Source: Cenarchaeum sp. (GTDB lineage Archaea > Thermoproteota > Nitrososphaeria > Nitrososphaerales > Nitrosopumilaceae). Taken from it: a DNA stretch of 64,000 bases. A program made the translations under genes and the position numbers. The notes beneath the pieces were generated by a model. It worked only from the letters and a program-made list of their open reading frames with translations. It was not told where the DNA came from and did no database searches. This document shows, in pieces, positions 19,248 to 29,444 of this stretch; position 1 is the first letter of the stretch, and each line of letters begins with the position of its first letter. The stretch covers positions 1,408,001 to 1,472,000 of the forward strand of contig OZ243037.1 in the NCBI GenBank assembly GCA_965212015.1, read 5' to 3'.

Positions 19248-20384
19248 ATGAGGCCTACAATACAACAGGTAATGCAGGACGCATCGCGCATTCAAGGTGA
19301 CTATTCCCTGTGCGATTCGTGTCTGGGACGGCTATATGCAAAGAGGCTGTCGCTGTCATCCAACAGGCTGCTTGGAAAAAGAATCCGCAGGGGGGTGCGC
19401 CGCACAAAGTGCTACATATGCCGGGATATGATTGACAACCTGGATTTGTTCCATCTGGCAATAGCCGACAGGACAAAAGACCACCAGTTTGCCTCCTTTA
19501 TGATGGGGGTGATTCTAAGGCCGTCGGTAATGGAGCGCGACGATCTCGTGCGCTCTAGATACAAGCTAATGGGAATCGACAGCGTAAAGACCGACATTTC
19601 AAGGCAGCTGGCAAAGAGACTTGCACAAAGGACGAAATCAAAAATAGACCACGCAGAGCCCGAGCTGATAGTTACAGTTGATCTCAAAAACGAGTCAGTC
19701 GAGCTGCACTCAAAGTCCGTGATACTGGCCGGACGGTACACGAAAAGCTCCCGGGGGCTGCCGCAAAAGCAAAAGCCGTGTGCGGACTGTTGGGGAAAGG
19801 GCTGTACAAGGTGTAGCTATCACGGAATATCCGGCTTTGAGAGCATTGAGGGAAGAATATCGGAATTTCTGTATGAAAAATTCCGCGCAAGACAGACAAA
19901 AGTCACGTGGATAGGGGGCGAGGACAAGACCAGTCTGGTGCGCGGTACGGGAAGGCCGTTTTTTGTGCGGGTTATCAATCCGCAGAAAAGAAGGGCGCGC
20001 CTGCCAAAAAAGATAGACCTGGACGAGGTCTGCCTCCTTGGGCTAAGGCGGGTGCCGTCAGTAAGGTCCCCGGTAAGGTTCCGCTCCAAAATAAGCCTGT
20101 CTGTGGATACGGATGGTGCGTGCCCCCCGCTTGGGGCACTGGCCTCACTCAGGAATTCGCGGCTGGCAATATACCAGGATTCAAAGAGGACCGAAAAGTC
20201 GGTATATTCCGTGCGGTATAGAAAGACCTCTGCCAGCTCGTTTGTACTGTCCTTTGAGGCAGACGGGGGGGTGCCGATCAGACGGTTTGTCGGCGGGGAT
20301 ACGGTCTTTCCCAACCTCTCTGACCTGCTGGAGGTAAGGTGCATCTGCCGGCACTTTGACTTTGATCAGATTTTGATCCAATAA
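19248..20384 (+). CDS. pus10: tRNA pseudouridine synthase Pus10 (THUMP-like + catalytic domain)
   Basis: LCDSCLGR...CYIC zinc site, GRYTKSSRGLPQ, GGEDKTS, GTGRPF. Confidence 0.85.
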   Translation: MRPTIQQVMQDASRIQGDYSLCDSCLGRLYAKRLSLSSNRLLGKRIRRGVRRTKCYICRDMIDNLDLFHLAIADRTKDHQFASFMMGVILRPSVMERDDLVRSRYKLMGIDSVKTDISRQLAKRLAQRTKSKIDHAEPELIVTVDLKNESVELHSKSVILAGRYTKSSRGLPQKQKPCADCWGKGCTRCSYHGISGFESIEGRISEFLYEKFRARQTKVTWIGGEDKTSLVRGTGRPFFVRVINPQKRRARLPKKIDLDEVCLLGLRRVPSVRSPVRFRSKISLSVDTDGACPPLGALASLRNSRLAIYQDSKRTEKSVYSVRYRKTSASSFVLSFEADGGVPIRRFVGGDTVFPNLSDLLEVRCICRHFDFDQILIQ

Positions 20385-20419
20385 CTACAAATAACTAGCG
20401 TAAATTTACGAATCTGACC

Positions 20420-20521
20420 ATGCCGGCAAGAAAAAAGAACAAGCACAACAGACGCGCCGACAACAATGCCGCACGAAGAAAGAAAAAGACCGCAAAAAGG
20501 TCAAAGCCGAAAAGACGCTAG
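20420..20521 (+). CDS. Very basic 33-aa peptide
   Basis: Manual translation MPARKKNKHNRRADNNAARRKKKTAKRSKPKRR; fills the intergenic gap; AT-rich TATA-like segment upstream. Confidence 0.55.
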   Translation: MPARKKNKHNRRADNNAARRKKKTAKRSKPKRR

Positions 20522-20572
20522 CCTCTTTGTGATAAAGAACATTTTTACACCTACTGCCGTCGATCTGACCCT

Positions 20573-21280
20573 ATGGATCCCTTGTTTGGGGTGGAAAAAT
20601 CGTTCAAGCAGGGCTTGATCTCCGGGGACGCCTTTTCCCTGATAAAGAAAAGATTCCCCCTGGTGGTGTCGGGAATCGACCGCATAGAGAGGGCGTCGGG
20701 AATAAACTATCCCGTGGCGTATGTAGAGCCGTCCGTAATAGTATCGCAGTCCGATCCCGGCTCCTTTCAGTACGGGATTCTCTTTGCCAGGACCATTCCG
20801 CTGACCATAGACGGCAAGCTCCAGGTGGTAATCCAGATTTCGGCACCGCTGGTATCCTATGGCCTCAAGGGAACGATACACGCGATACTGGCCCACGAGT
20901 TTCTGCACTATTTGGAGCTAATCCGCCGCGTATCGAGGATGGAGATGCTATCTGACGAGATATCCGGCAGCATCTTTGGGAACGTGTATGCCGATGAGGC
21001 AAGGCTCTTTGAGCCCAGGGCGGTCTTTGATGACAAGACCCTGCTGTCGCACATTACGAAAAAATTTCCGGCCGGGTTCCGGGACTACAAACTGGAGGAT
21101 AAGACCCTAAAGTACTGGATTGAGAAAAAGCTGCCAAAGACCAACATTTCCCTTGACACCAACATTACAAAACTCTCGCCGCAGACGCTTGCATCAATAC
21201 AGCTGAACCCCGGATTCCTCTCGCGGCTAGACGAGATGGAGCAAAAAAGCGCCAAAATCAAGAGGCGAAAGACTCACTGA
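20573..21280 (+). CDS. Hypothetical protein with HExxH zincin-like motif
   Basis: [11 protein letters not shown] motif. Confidence 0.7.
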   Translation: MDPLFGVEKSFKQGLISGDAFSLIKKRFPLVVSGIDRIERASGINYPVAYVEPSVIVSQSDPGSFQYGILFARTIPLTIDGKLQVVIQISAPLVSYGLKGTIHAILAHEFLHYLELIRRVSRMEMLSDEISGSIFGNVYADEARLFEPRAVFDDKTLLSHITKKFPAGFRDYKLEDKTLKYWIEKKLPKTNISLDTNITKLSPQTLASIQLNPGFLSRLDEMEQKSAKIKRRKTH

Positions 21281-21450
21281 TTGAATTCCGTAAGGTTGCA
21301 TCTTCCGCAGGCGCGCCTGTCCTTGTGATCCGACATAAAGACGCCCTTGCCGCATCTTGAGCAGATTTTTTTTAGCCTTGTAATCTTTTCGCCCTCTACC
21401 TTGTAATAGCCAGAAACCTTTGGACTGGATCCCTTTTTGCCCGCCATCAT
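21274..21450 (-). CDS. rps27ae: 30S ribosomal protein S27ae
   Basis: Manual translation [58 protein letters not shown]; overlaps the rps24e stop; missing from ORF track. Confidence 0.95.
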   Translation of the reverse strand: MMAGKKGSSPKVSGYYKVEGEKITRLKKICSRCGKGVFMSDHKDRRACGRCNLTEFNQ

Positions 21451-22031
21451 GCCTTCTCCTTTGCGTCGGCCGAATCATCCTTGGCAGGCGTCTCTGCGGG
21501 GTTTTCGGTTTTTGCGTCTGACTCTATCTTTGTATCGTTAGTTTTTGCAGAATCATCCTTTGGTGCGTCAGCCGAATCATCCTTTGCAGGCGTCTCTGTT
21601 TTTTCAGAACTCTCCTTGGGTGCGTCTGTTTTCTCGGAATCCTCCTTTGCGTCAGGCTTTGCGGAATCATCCTTGGGCGCGTCTGCCGGCTTTGCGTCTG
21701 TTTTCTCGGAATCCTCCTTTGCCGCGTTTGCCTTTTCTTCTGCTGATTTTTTTGCCTTTTCCAGCCGATTGAATATTGTGGGATTGACGTGGGACTTTGC
21801 CAGAACCTCGTCCTCATAGACGAAAAACGTACCCGTGACTGTCGACTTGCCGACGTGGTTTTTGAGCCTCATTGGAATCACCATCTTTCCGTCCAGCTTG
21901 AACTCTTTGGTAACCATGTCTATTGCGTCCAGCTTGCCCAGCTTTCCCCCCATGCCTGCAAAATTGCAGGTAATCTCCCTTCTAGACAGAAACGTGTTGT
22001 CTGTGTCGTTTATGGCCTCGATAACTGACAT
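21447..22031 (-). CDS. rps24e: 30S ribosomal protein S24e with long charged repetitive C-terminal tail
   Basis: NTFLSRREI...[15 protein letters not shown]24e core; adjacent to rps27ae; tail of [10 protein letters not shown] / PKDDSA repeats. Confidence 0.88.
   Translation of the reverse strand: MSVIEAINDTDNTFLSRREITCNFAGMGGKLGKLDAIDMVTKEFKLDGKMVIPMRLKNHVGKSTVTGTFFVYEDEVLAKSHVNPTIFNRLEKAKKSAEEKANAAKEDSEKTDAKPADAPKDDSAKPDAKEDSEKTDAPKESSEKTETPAKDDSADAPKDDSAKTNDTKIESDAKTENPAETPAKDDSADAKEKA
21470..21725 (-). repeat. Imperfect coding repeats in the S24e tail
   Basis: Recurring GAATCATCCTT and GCGTCTGTTTTCTCGGAATCCTCCTTTGC units. Confidence 0.8.
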
Positions 22032-22118
22032 GCGTATCCACAACCATCCGAGTTGTTCATATAAACCTTAATTGGCCCTAACGAAGAAATTTAAGAAATA
22101 GCACGGGATATACTAGAT

Positions 22119-22676
22119 ATGGAAAGATACATGATTCACCTGAAAAACAACGGATACGGGCCGAGGGACTCGCGCGATATAGTCCACAGGGCCCGGTTTC
22201 TCTGCGCCAATCTGGCCTCAGTAAGGATAGCCCGCGTGGCCAGCAACTTTATCGAGCTTGACGTGTCTGTCGAGCCAGAAGGGCTTGACGGAATAGTGGA
22301 CAAGCTCGGCCCCATAGGGGGGCTTGACAATATACGCCATGTGGTGGAGGAAAAGATTGAAAAGGACGACGGAATCCGAGACGGCATTTTTTATTTCAAC
22401 AATGAGCGGTTCTGGGAGGCGCACGAGGCGTGGGAGGGCGCATGGAAGCAGTGTACCGGCGATGAAAAGTCGCTGGTCCAGGGAATAATCCTGGTGGCAG
22501 TAGCGTTTGCACACTCGCAAAAAAACGACAGCCCCATAGGACTCAACATGTTTGGGCGGGCGCTAGAAAAGATGGGGGACTTTGCCGGCCTGTACCATAA
22601 TATAGACATTGGCCGAATCCGAAAAAAGATAACCGAAATGAAAAGCGCACGCGAGATGATTCTCTTCAAGATCTGA
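22119..22676 (+). CDS. DUF309-domain protein
   Basis: GIFYFNNERFWEAHEAWEGAW, QGIILVAVAFAH. Confidence 0.85.
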   Translation: MERYMIHLKNNGYGPRDSRDIVHRARFLCANLASVRIARVASNFIELDVSVEPEGLDGIVDKLGPIGGLDNIRHVVEEKIEKDDGIRDGIFYFNNERFWEAHEAWEGAWKQCTGDEKSLVQGIILVAVAFAHSQKNDSPIGLNMFGRALEKMGDFAGLYHNIDIGRIRKKITEMKSAREMILFKI

Positions 22677-23937
22677 TCTGCTCAATTACGGTTTTCAGAA
22701 CATATGCGCCCTCCAGCATTCCAAGCCTTCCCCTTTTGGCATCATTCTCCGTGTACCTGGACGTTCCATCGGGCTTTATGCTGCCGCCTGAGATCAGAAT
22801 CGGGACGGGATCATCGCTGTGGCCCTTGTTTATGCACGGAGTGGAGTGGTCCGCCGAGATTACCACCGTCTTGTCATCGCCAATGTTCTCAAGTAATGTG
22901 CCAAAGAACCTCCTGTCAATCTCTTCAATGTTTTTTGTCTTTCCTGCGGCATCGCCGTCGTGGCCGAACTCGTCTGGCCCCTTTAGGTGTACATAGATTG
23001 CGTTTTGCGTCTCCATTGACTTTGCAGCCACTCTTGCCTTTTGCTCATAGTCTGTCAGCTCTCCTGCCTCAAAGGCCCTCATCTTTAGCACCTTTGAGAT
23101 TCCAAGCTCGACGGGCATGTCCACTATACATGAAAAGTTCATAGAGTATTTTTCATTAATCGGCGTTACATCCGGATACTTGTTTCCCGCATCGCGCAAA
23201 ATTATACATCCGAGCCGCTTTTTGTCGCGTGTGGCGCGCTCTATATTGGTTATACTGTCCTTTAGGATGGAGATCGACTGTGCGGTGAATTCGTTTACCA
23301 GGTCTGCTGCAAGCCTTGATGAGGCATGCTCGTCTAGCGGCAGGCACTTGTCTATCTTTAAAAAGTCCCCCACCGCCTTTGCTATTCCCATCCCATCTAT
23401 CCTGCCGTACGCGGGATCCGTGTTTGTTATGTTCGATGAGAGCCCCTCATCCGATCTTATCCTTACCGTTACCCGGTGGCCTATTGTGGGCGAGACCGAT
23501 ACTGAGGTGTTTGGGTGCGAAAAGCGTATGCCCTTTTCTAGCTCTGCTGCCACTGCGCCTGCATCCTCCTTTTCAATGTGCCTTCCTGCCCTCCTGTCGG
23601 TGATTATCCCCCCATCTAGGGTGGCAAAGTTTCCCCGCAGTGCCAAGTCGCCGTCCTTAAAGTCGACTCCTATCCCTATGGCCTCAATTACGCCTCGGCC
23701 GGCATAGTCTGCGTGCCGGAACCTGTATCCGAGCATGTTAAAGACTGCGATATCGGACTCTGGGGCGATCCCCCGTCCTACGGATATCACCTCGCCCATG
23801 ACACCTTTTTTTGCCAGCCGGTCCATGTTGGGGGTGTGTGCAGCCTGGAGCGGGGTCTTGCCGTCTAGATCGGGATGCGGCAGATCGCCCACGCCGTCTA
23901 GCAGGACATAGATTATGTGGATATCAGAATTATCCAA
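22666..23937 (-). CDS. apgM: Cofactor-independent phosphoglycerate mutase, archaeal type
   Basis: LLDGVGD, KTPLQAAHTPNMD, PESD, YVHLKGPDEFGHDG, ADHSTP, HSDDPVP. Confidence 0.92.
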   Translation of the reverse strand: MDNSDIHIIYVLLDGVGDLPHPDLDGKTPLQAAHTPNMDRLAKKGVMGEVISVGRGIAPESDIAVFNMLGYRFRHADYAGRGVIEAIGIGVDFKDGDLALRGNFATLDGGIITDRRAGRHIEKEDAGAVAAELEKGIRFSHPNTSVSVSPTIGHRVTVRIRSDEGLSSNITNTDPAYGRIDGMGIAKAVGDFLKIDKCLPLDEHASSRLAADLVNEFTAQSISILKDSITNIERATRDKKRLGCIILRDAGNKYPDVTPINEKYSMNFSCIVDMPVELGISKVLKMRAFEAGELTDYEQKARVAAKSMETQNAIYVHLKGPDEFGHDGDAAGKTKNIEEIDRRFFGTLLENIGDDKTVVISADHSTPCINKGHSDDPVPILISGGSIKPDGTSRYTENDAKRGRLGMLEGAYVLKTVIEQIRS

Positions 23938-24085
23938 AATAGATAGGCTCCGTTCCTGCAAAAAGTCGCGGATGCTTTAAGTCTTTCACCGGTTGATCAC
24001 AATGCGGCGATCAGAGAGTCGCGCGCGTCTTACAAGTCCGATGCAATGTGAAATAGTTTTAACACGCCTTATCTGTCCCTATGTG

Positions 24086-25102
24086 ATGGGCGACATGCGC
24101 AAGGATTACGTTTCTGAACGTTTCATGATTGTAACCAAAAAGGACGACGAGGTTGCCGATCCCGCAAAGTCACCCCTTGCCCCGGGAAACGAGTCAAAGA
24201 CCAATCCGTCGGTTCTGTCCCTTGTGGCACGGGACGGAATGCTGCAGAGGCTGCAGGATAACGAGGATGAGCGGGTAAAGGACTGGATAATACGCGTCTT
24301 TGAGGCCAAAAACCCGGCAGTATCGATAGAGTCGGCAAACACGTACAGCGACAGGCCGCACTATAGCGAGCCGGCATACGGGTACCATTACATCGTGGTG
24401 GCCTCGCCGAATCCGACTGACACATTTGCCACAATTGACGTGGAGCAGTGGTCGAATATTCTGGTGGTGGTGCAGGACCGCCTGCGCTGGCTGTACACCC
24501 AAAAGGGCGTGACGTATGTCTCGATTTATGCAAATTACGGCAGGGACGCCGGATGCTCGGATCCATACCCGCATCTAAACATGGTGACCTTTTCTACTAT
24601 ACCACCTGTAATCGAGTCCGAGGTAGACGCATCACACAAGATTCTCAACGAAAAGGGCGTGTGTCCAATGTGTCAGACAGTCAATACCGAGATTGGCGGG
24701 CCGAGGCAGGTTTTGCAGACAGAAGGCTTTATGGCCCTGTGCCCGTGGGCCCCGTCGCATCCGTACGAGTTCTGGATATGTCCCAAAAAGCACGCCACCA
24801 GTTTTTCTAAAATAACCCAAAAGGAGATAAACGACCTGTCGCTGATTCTGCGCGCGACACTCGGCGGAATCACAAAGTCGATAAAAAACCTCTCATACAA
24901 CATGGTGTTCCATTTATCGCCTGAAAAAAAGAACAGCCGGCAGATTCACTGGCATATCGAGGTGTATCCCGTGACCAATTCCTGGTCCGGCCTGGAGCGC
25001 GGATACGGGGTGTTTCTGAACAACATATCGCCAGAGGATACTGCAGAAAAGCTGGGCGCCGCATGCAGAAAAGAGCTGGCAAATCTGGTGGGAATTAGCT
25101 GA
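24086..25102 (+). CDS. GalT-like HIT-superfamily nucleotidyltransferase
   Basis: MRKDYVSER, PGNE, GYHYIVV, NYGRDAGCSDPYPH, CPWAPSHPYE, HWHIEVYP. Confidence 0.85.
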   Translation: MGDMRKDYVSERFMIVTKKDDEVADPAKSPLAPGNESKTNPSVLSLVARDGMLQRLQDNEDERVKDWIIRVFEAKNPAVSIESANTYSDRPHYSEPAYGYHYIVVASPNPTDTFATIDVEQWSNILVVVQDRLRWLYTQKGVTYVSIYANYGRDAGCSDPYPHLNMVTFSTIPPVIESEVDASHKILNEKGVCPMCQTVNTEIGGPRQVLQTEGFMALCPWAPSHPYEFWICPKKHATSFSKITQKEINDLSLILRATLGGITKSIKNLSYNMVFHLSPEKKNSRQIHWHIEVYPVTNSWSGLERGYGVFLNNISPEDTAEKLGAACRKELANLVGIS

Positions 25103-25144
25103 TTTTTGTAATGGTTTATTTATCAAAATCCAGGTTATAGTGGT

Positions 25145-25579
25145 ATGGCGGTAGAAAAGTACATTGCGGCAGCCGGTCTGGGGCTGTTTATAATGTTTTC
25201 AGGCGAGATAATATCCATCTATAACTTTATGCAGGCAGTGCCCGGCGAGACCACCTTTATCCTGGAGCCTGATCCCAAGATACTGCAGTTTATTTCGATC
25301 GGGGCCGCCCCTGCCGTAATCATGGCGGCAATCTCGTTTATCATGGTGAGGAGGTACGGCTCGAGGCCTATTGGCGCCATGATAATTGCAGGCGGGGCAA
25401 TAATGCTGACAGGAATGATTGTTGCGCATTCCCTGATAGACGGAATTGATCCCGTGTACGAGAGCAAGTTTATCCCGGTATTAACGCCGCTGTTCATGAT
25501 AGTGTCGATACCGGTAATGATAGTTGGTTCCAGGCTGCTTGTTACCAAAAAGCGCACGCCAAAAAAGGAATTCGTCTAG
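25145..25579 (+). CDS. Four-TM membrane protein
   Basis: Four hydrophobic segments, basic C-terminus. Confidence 0.7.
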   Translation: MAVEKYIAAAGLGLFIMFSGEIISIYNFMQAVPGETTFILEPDPKILQFISIGAAPAVIMAAISFIMVRRYGSRPIGAMIIAGGAIMLTGMIVAHSLIDGIDPVYESKFIPVLTPLFMIVSIPVMIVGSRLLVTKKRTPKKEFV

Positions 25580-26007
25580 TGGTCGAATCTCATTGCGTCT
25601 GAATGTCTTTTGAATCCGAGCTTTTCATAGAACGGTTTTATACTGTCTGAGCATTCCAGAATGGTTTTGTAGCATCCGGCGTCCTTTGCGTATTCCAGGG
25701 ATTTTAGGACCAGCCTTTTTCCTATATTTTGTCCCTGAAAGTCCTTTTTGACAGAGACATCCTCTATGTGGCCGACCATTCCCCCGTTGTGGATGAACTT
25801 TGGCTCGATTAATAAGGTGAGGGTGCCTACTATGCCGCCGGCGGCAGCAACTAGGATTACGTGGTTTGGATTTGCTCTTATTTTGTCATATACCTCCTCT
25901 GCCTTTGCGGGACTGATGTCGCTTGTCTTTCTTAACGAGTCTAGCGAGTCCAGAAATCCGCAAAACAGATCCGTTCTTTTCAGTTTGCGGATGGTAATGT
26001 CAATCAT
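25576..26007 (-). CDS. GNAT acetyltransferase (glucosamine-6-phosphate N-acetyltransferase-like)
   Basis: EPKFIH, GHIEDV, QGQNIG, GCYKTILEC, FYEKLGF. Confidence 0.88.
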   Translation of the reverse strand: MIDITIRKLKRTDLFCGFLDSLDSLRKTSDISPAKAEEVYDKIRANPNHVILVAAAGGIVGTLTLLIEPKFIHNGGMVGHIEDVSVKKDFQGQNIGKRLVLKSLEYAKDAGCYKTILECSDSIKPFYEKLGFKRHSDAMRFDH

Positions 26008-26708
26008 TACAGCTTTCCCAGCTTTTCGAGAAAATGCCTGTACGCCTTTTGATAGGATTCCTTGTCCCCGATGTCCATGAACCCCTTTTTGGTGTAAAAA
26101 CTGTCAACTGGCATTCCCTTTGAGATTGCCTTGCGTATCAGGTCGTCCATTCCGTACTGTCTGTTTTTTGGGATATGGTCCATGATTTCCGGCTCCATTA
26201 TGTAGCAGCCCATGTTGATGTTTGCTTTTATTTCCGGCTTTTCGTTCCACTTTTTGATGCGCCCGTTTTTTGCAGTCTCGATTATACCGTACGGGAGGTT
26301 TGTCTTGTATTCGGATATGCTCATGGTGACAAATGACTTTTTTTGTCTGTGCTGTTTTGCCATGTTTCTGAGGCCAAAGTCGAATATGGAATCCCCGTAC
26401 ATGCACACAAACGTCTCGTCTACTAGATCACCTGCAGTCTTTAGCTGCCCTGCCGTGGCAAGCGGTCTGTCTGATATAGCATACTGTATGTCGACTCCGA
26501 ATCTCTTTCCGTCCTCGAAATAGTCCTCGATGGTCTTTCGCAGATAGCTCACACATAAAATTAGGGATTTTATTCCGTTTTTTTTGTTCCAGTCGACCAG
26601 GTGTTCCAGTATCGGCTTTTCGCCGAGTGGCAGCATTGGCTTTGGAAGAAACATGGTGTACGGCTGGAGTCTGGTGCCCAGGCCTCCGGCCAGGATTACT
26701 GCCTTCAT
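26007..26708 (-). CDS. NDP-sugar pyrophosphorylase family nucleotidyltransferase
   Basis: MKAVILAGGLGTRL.P.T..LPKPMLP, YGD, EKPE, FMDIG. Confidence 0.9.
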   Translation of the reverse strand: MKAVILAGGLGTRLQPYTMFLPKPMLPLGEKPILEHLVDWNKKNGIKSLILCVSYLRKTIEDYFEDGKRFGVDIQYAISDRPLATAGQLKTAGDLVDETFVCMYGDSIFDFGLRNMAKQHRQKKSFVTMSISEYKTNLPYGIIETAKNGRIKKWNEKPEIKANINMGCYIMEPEIMDHIPKNRQYGMDDLIRKAISKGMPVDSFYTKKGFMDIGDKESYQKAYRHFLEKLGKL

Positions 26709-26898
26709 GGGTTTGTGTCCGGGTGATGGGTATTTATTTTGAGGCGGATATGGGGGGATTTTTTGTGGGCAGGCAGGACCTCCATACCGCATGATCAATG
26801 ATTATCCGATAGATCGTAGATTTTGGGGAGATTATAACTGTGCCTTCCACTAGTTAAGTTAACAGACCAAATACACACATTTTAATAATTGCCACGAA

Positions 26899-28047
26899 TT
26901 GATATTGGTATTGATACAAGGCGGGCTAGAAGAGATTATTTTAAAGCAAGATAATTCACTTTTTAGTATATTTGAGCAAAAACGCTCTGATTCGAAATGG
27001 ATTAAAAAACGCGAAGAACGCCACGAGTTATTCTCGAAACTATTATCAAAGGAGAATATATTGTCTCTATTGGAATCTGATTTTAGAAAAATAATTAAAA
27101 ATCTTTGGGCGTTTAACGGTTGGAATAACAAAGATTATCTTGTTGATCAAATTCTTGCAAAAAATGATCTGACAAAAATCAGAGAATCATTAAATGATCT
27201 GTTATATGGTTCTGATAATTTAGAGCTTAGGTTTGATAATTTTAAAATCAAAAATCTTGGAACTGCCTCAATTACTGAAATAATGTCATTTGTAAACCCA
27301 GATCAATATGCATTGTGGAATGATAAACCCCGTAAAGTTTTCCACATTTTAGGAATTGATCAAATCCCTGACAAAGTCTTCAAATATTCACAAATATCAG
27401 GATCAAATTATGTCAAATGCAATCAAATCATGAAAGATATTCGTACAATTCTGACAAATAAAGGTTTTATAGATATTGATCTACTTGATGTGGATCTTTT
27501 TATTCATACGATCTTCGATGATAAACGAGAAAGACATACACCAAAAAATGGAAAAATTACTAACAATCCACCTCCCGAAACACAAGATATGACTCATTGG
27601 GATGCAATTGGATTGATTACAGAATTGGGCAATACTCTGGGATTTGACACCTATGTTGCAGATCCTACACGAAAATATAAAAACAAACCACTTGGTAACA
27701 TTGCTTCCTCCAAAGATGTTCCAGAACAATGTAAAACAATCCCTGGCATTACTCTTATCGATGTAATTTGGTCTAGACCAAACCCACCATTTTATATGTT
27801 TGAGGTAGAAGACAAGGGAACTATGAGGGATGCACTTCTTCGTTTATATCAGGCACGAGTTTTTGATACAAAGTTTCTAGTTGTCTGTCCATCTACAAAT
27901 CGTGATAAATTTAAGAAATATGTGACAATGGATCCTTATAATGCAATAAAAGATCGATATTTGTTTAGATCTTTTGATGAACTTTATGAAATATATAAAT
28001 CAGTAATGAGCAATACAAAAATAAAAAATCAATTTTTTGGTGATTAG
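26899..28047 (+). CDS. Putative restriction nuclease: N-terminal EndoIII/HhH-like helical domain + C-terminal PD-(D/E)xK domain
   Basis: IKNLGTASITEIMSFVNPDQYALWN (HhH-like); IDVIW...FEVEDKGTMRDALLRL nuclease motif; AT-rich. Confidence 0.65.
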   Translation: MILVLIQGGLEEIILKQDNSLFSIFEQKRSDSKWIKKREERHELFSKLLSKENILSLLESDFRKIIKNLWAFNGWNNKDYLVDQILAKNDLTKIRESLNDLLYGSDNLELRFDNFKIKNLGTASITEIMSFVNPDQYALWNDKPRKVFHILGIDQIPDKVFKYSQISGSNYVKCNQIMKDIRTILTNKGFIDIDLLDVDLFIHTIFDDKRERHTPKNGKITNNPPPETQDMTHWDAIGLITELGNTLGFDTYVADPTRKYKNKPLGNIASSKDVPEQCKTIPGITLIDVIWSRPNPPFYMFEVEDKGTMRDALLRLYQARVFDTKFLVVCPSTNRDKFKKYVTMDPYNAIKDRYLFRSFDELYEIYKSVMSNTKIKNQFFGD

Positions 28048-28068
28048 ATTTTCAATCTACAAGAATTA

Positions 28069-29444
28069 GATGTGATGCATAATCGATCAACTCATGACGT
28101 CTTTGCAGAACCGGTACATGATCAACACGCGTTAAAGTTACAAAATATGACAAAGTATAGTCTGTAACACACAAAAAACATACAATTTCACAAAATCATG
28201 CGCAAAAATACAGCGCTTCAGGCGCCCTGTGTTATGTGATCAAAACCCGTACTTGAGACGTTCCCGTCGTTCATCCCACAGCAGATCAAAGTTTGCAAGA
28301 CCCGTCACCACTTGTAAATCCCTGTAAAATTCCGCATCAGTGCCGACATACAGATGAATCAGTATTTTGTACAGCTTTAGAAGCCTTATGGCGTGTTCTA
28401 CTTTTATTCTAATGTTGCTGATCCTTCTGTTTTTATTTTTTTGTGCACCGTCCAGCTCGGCATTTTTCGGTTTTTTGGTGGGTTTTTGTACGTTGGCACC
28501 GGGTAGATCCTTCTCGATGGCCTGGTATCCCTTGTCCACGTATACCGTAACTTTGTCCTTTTTTACCGCATTCTTATCTTTCATGCTCTTGCTCAACGGT
28601 CCGAGATTGATGTTGTTATATTGGAGCATCTTGAGATCTTGCATCGATCCCGGCACAGGTTTTCCTGTCGTAATAACCAGCTTGTCGCGATTAGCCACTA
28701 TGGTGGTGTTTAGCGTGTGCTTTTTTTTCCTCCCTATATAGTAGACTTCACTTGCGGCAGGATCGGACGGCCGCTCTATGGCTATGTGCGTGCCGTCTAT
28801 GTACAGCTCGCCTCCGTTGCTGCCCGGAACCAGATGTTTTATCTCCTCGATACTTTTTGCATTCTGTATTTCTTCGGAGATATTTTCCGCAGTAGGCAGA
28901 ATCTCCAACAATATTGTTCTGGCAAATTCTAGATATCGCGATATCGTGCTCTGATCCACCCCGAATATCGGCATGAGCTCGTACTAGGATATGCCAAGCT
29001 TTTCTTTCATCATTATCAACAGCAGTACGTGCCGTATGTGCAGCTTGCACCTGTTTCCGAGTTGGAATCTGTCATCTGAAAACAGGGGGGCGTCCGGATC
29101 GGCCTTGACCTTGCGCGTGAATTTTTCCAGGATGTAATTGAACTGTTTGGGATTCTTTTTTGTAGTGTGATATAGCATGGTTGGATTGGCGATAAACTCG
29201 TCAAGCAACTCGCACCTGTGCATGATTTTTGACTTTTTCGGCTTGTTACGCCTGTCCGCGTTCTCGTCAACATACCACAGATCGTCTTCCTTGTAGAGTT
29301 TTTTCTCCAGACTTTTGATCTCCTACTGTTGCCTGTATATGATCTGATCCTTGGATTCTGTCATCAGATATGTGCGGCATACACATGCGATCTAAAGTTG
29401 TCGGTTGAATATAGTTTTAAATTTAGTCAATTATGCATCACCTC
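28069..29444 (-). mobile_element. IS5-family (DDE_Tnp_4 / ISL2-like) insertion sequence
   Basis: Imperfect TIRs GATGTGATGCATAATCGA (from 28069) and TCAATTATGCATCACCTC (to 29444), flanked by TA at 28067-68 and 29445-46; encloses the transposase. Confidence 0.8.
28240..29364 (-). pseudogene. DDE transposase interrupted by two in-frame TAG codons
   Basis: One frame from ATG 29364 (MTESKDQ) to 28240; TAG at 29323-25 and 28984-86; FGVDQSTISRY HTH, IDGT, VDKGY, RIKVEHAI DDE motifs. Confidence 0.85.

Noticed and set aside
21227-21478. 83-aa ORF-track call / apparent frameshift in rps27ae
   Set aside because: Wrong frame; S27ae is intact at 21274..21450
21470-21725. Interspersed repeats as a CRISPR-like array
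   Set aside because: They are in-frame coding repeats of the S24e tail with irregular spacing
28240-29364. Pyrrolysine or genetic-code reassignment to explain the amber codons
   Set aside because: Many core genes here end in TAG at the expected position, and no pyl genes are present in the window
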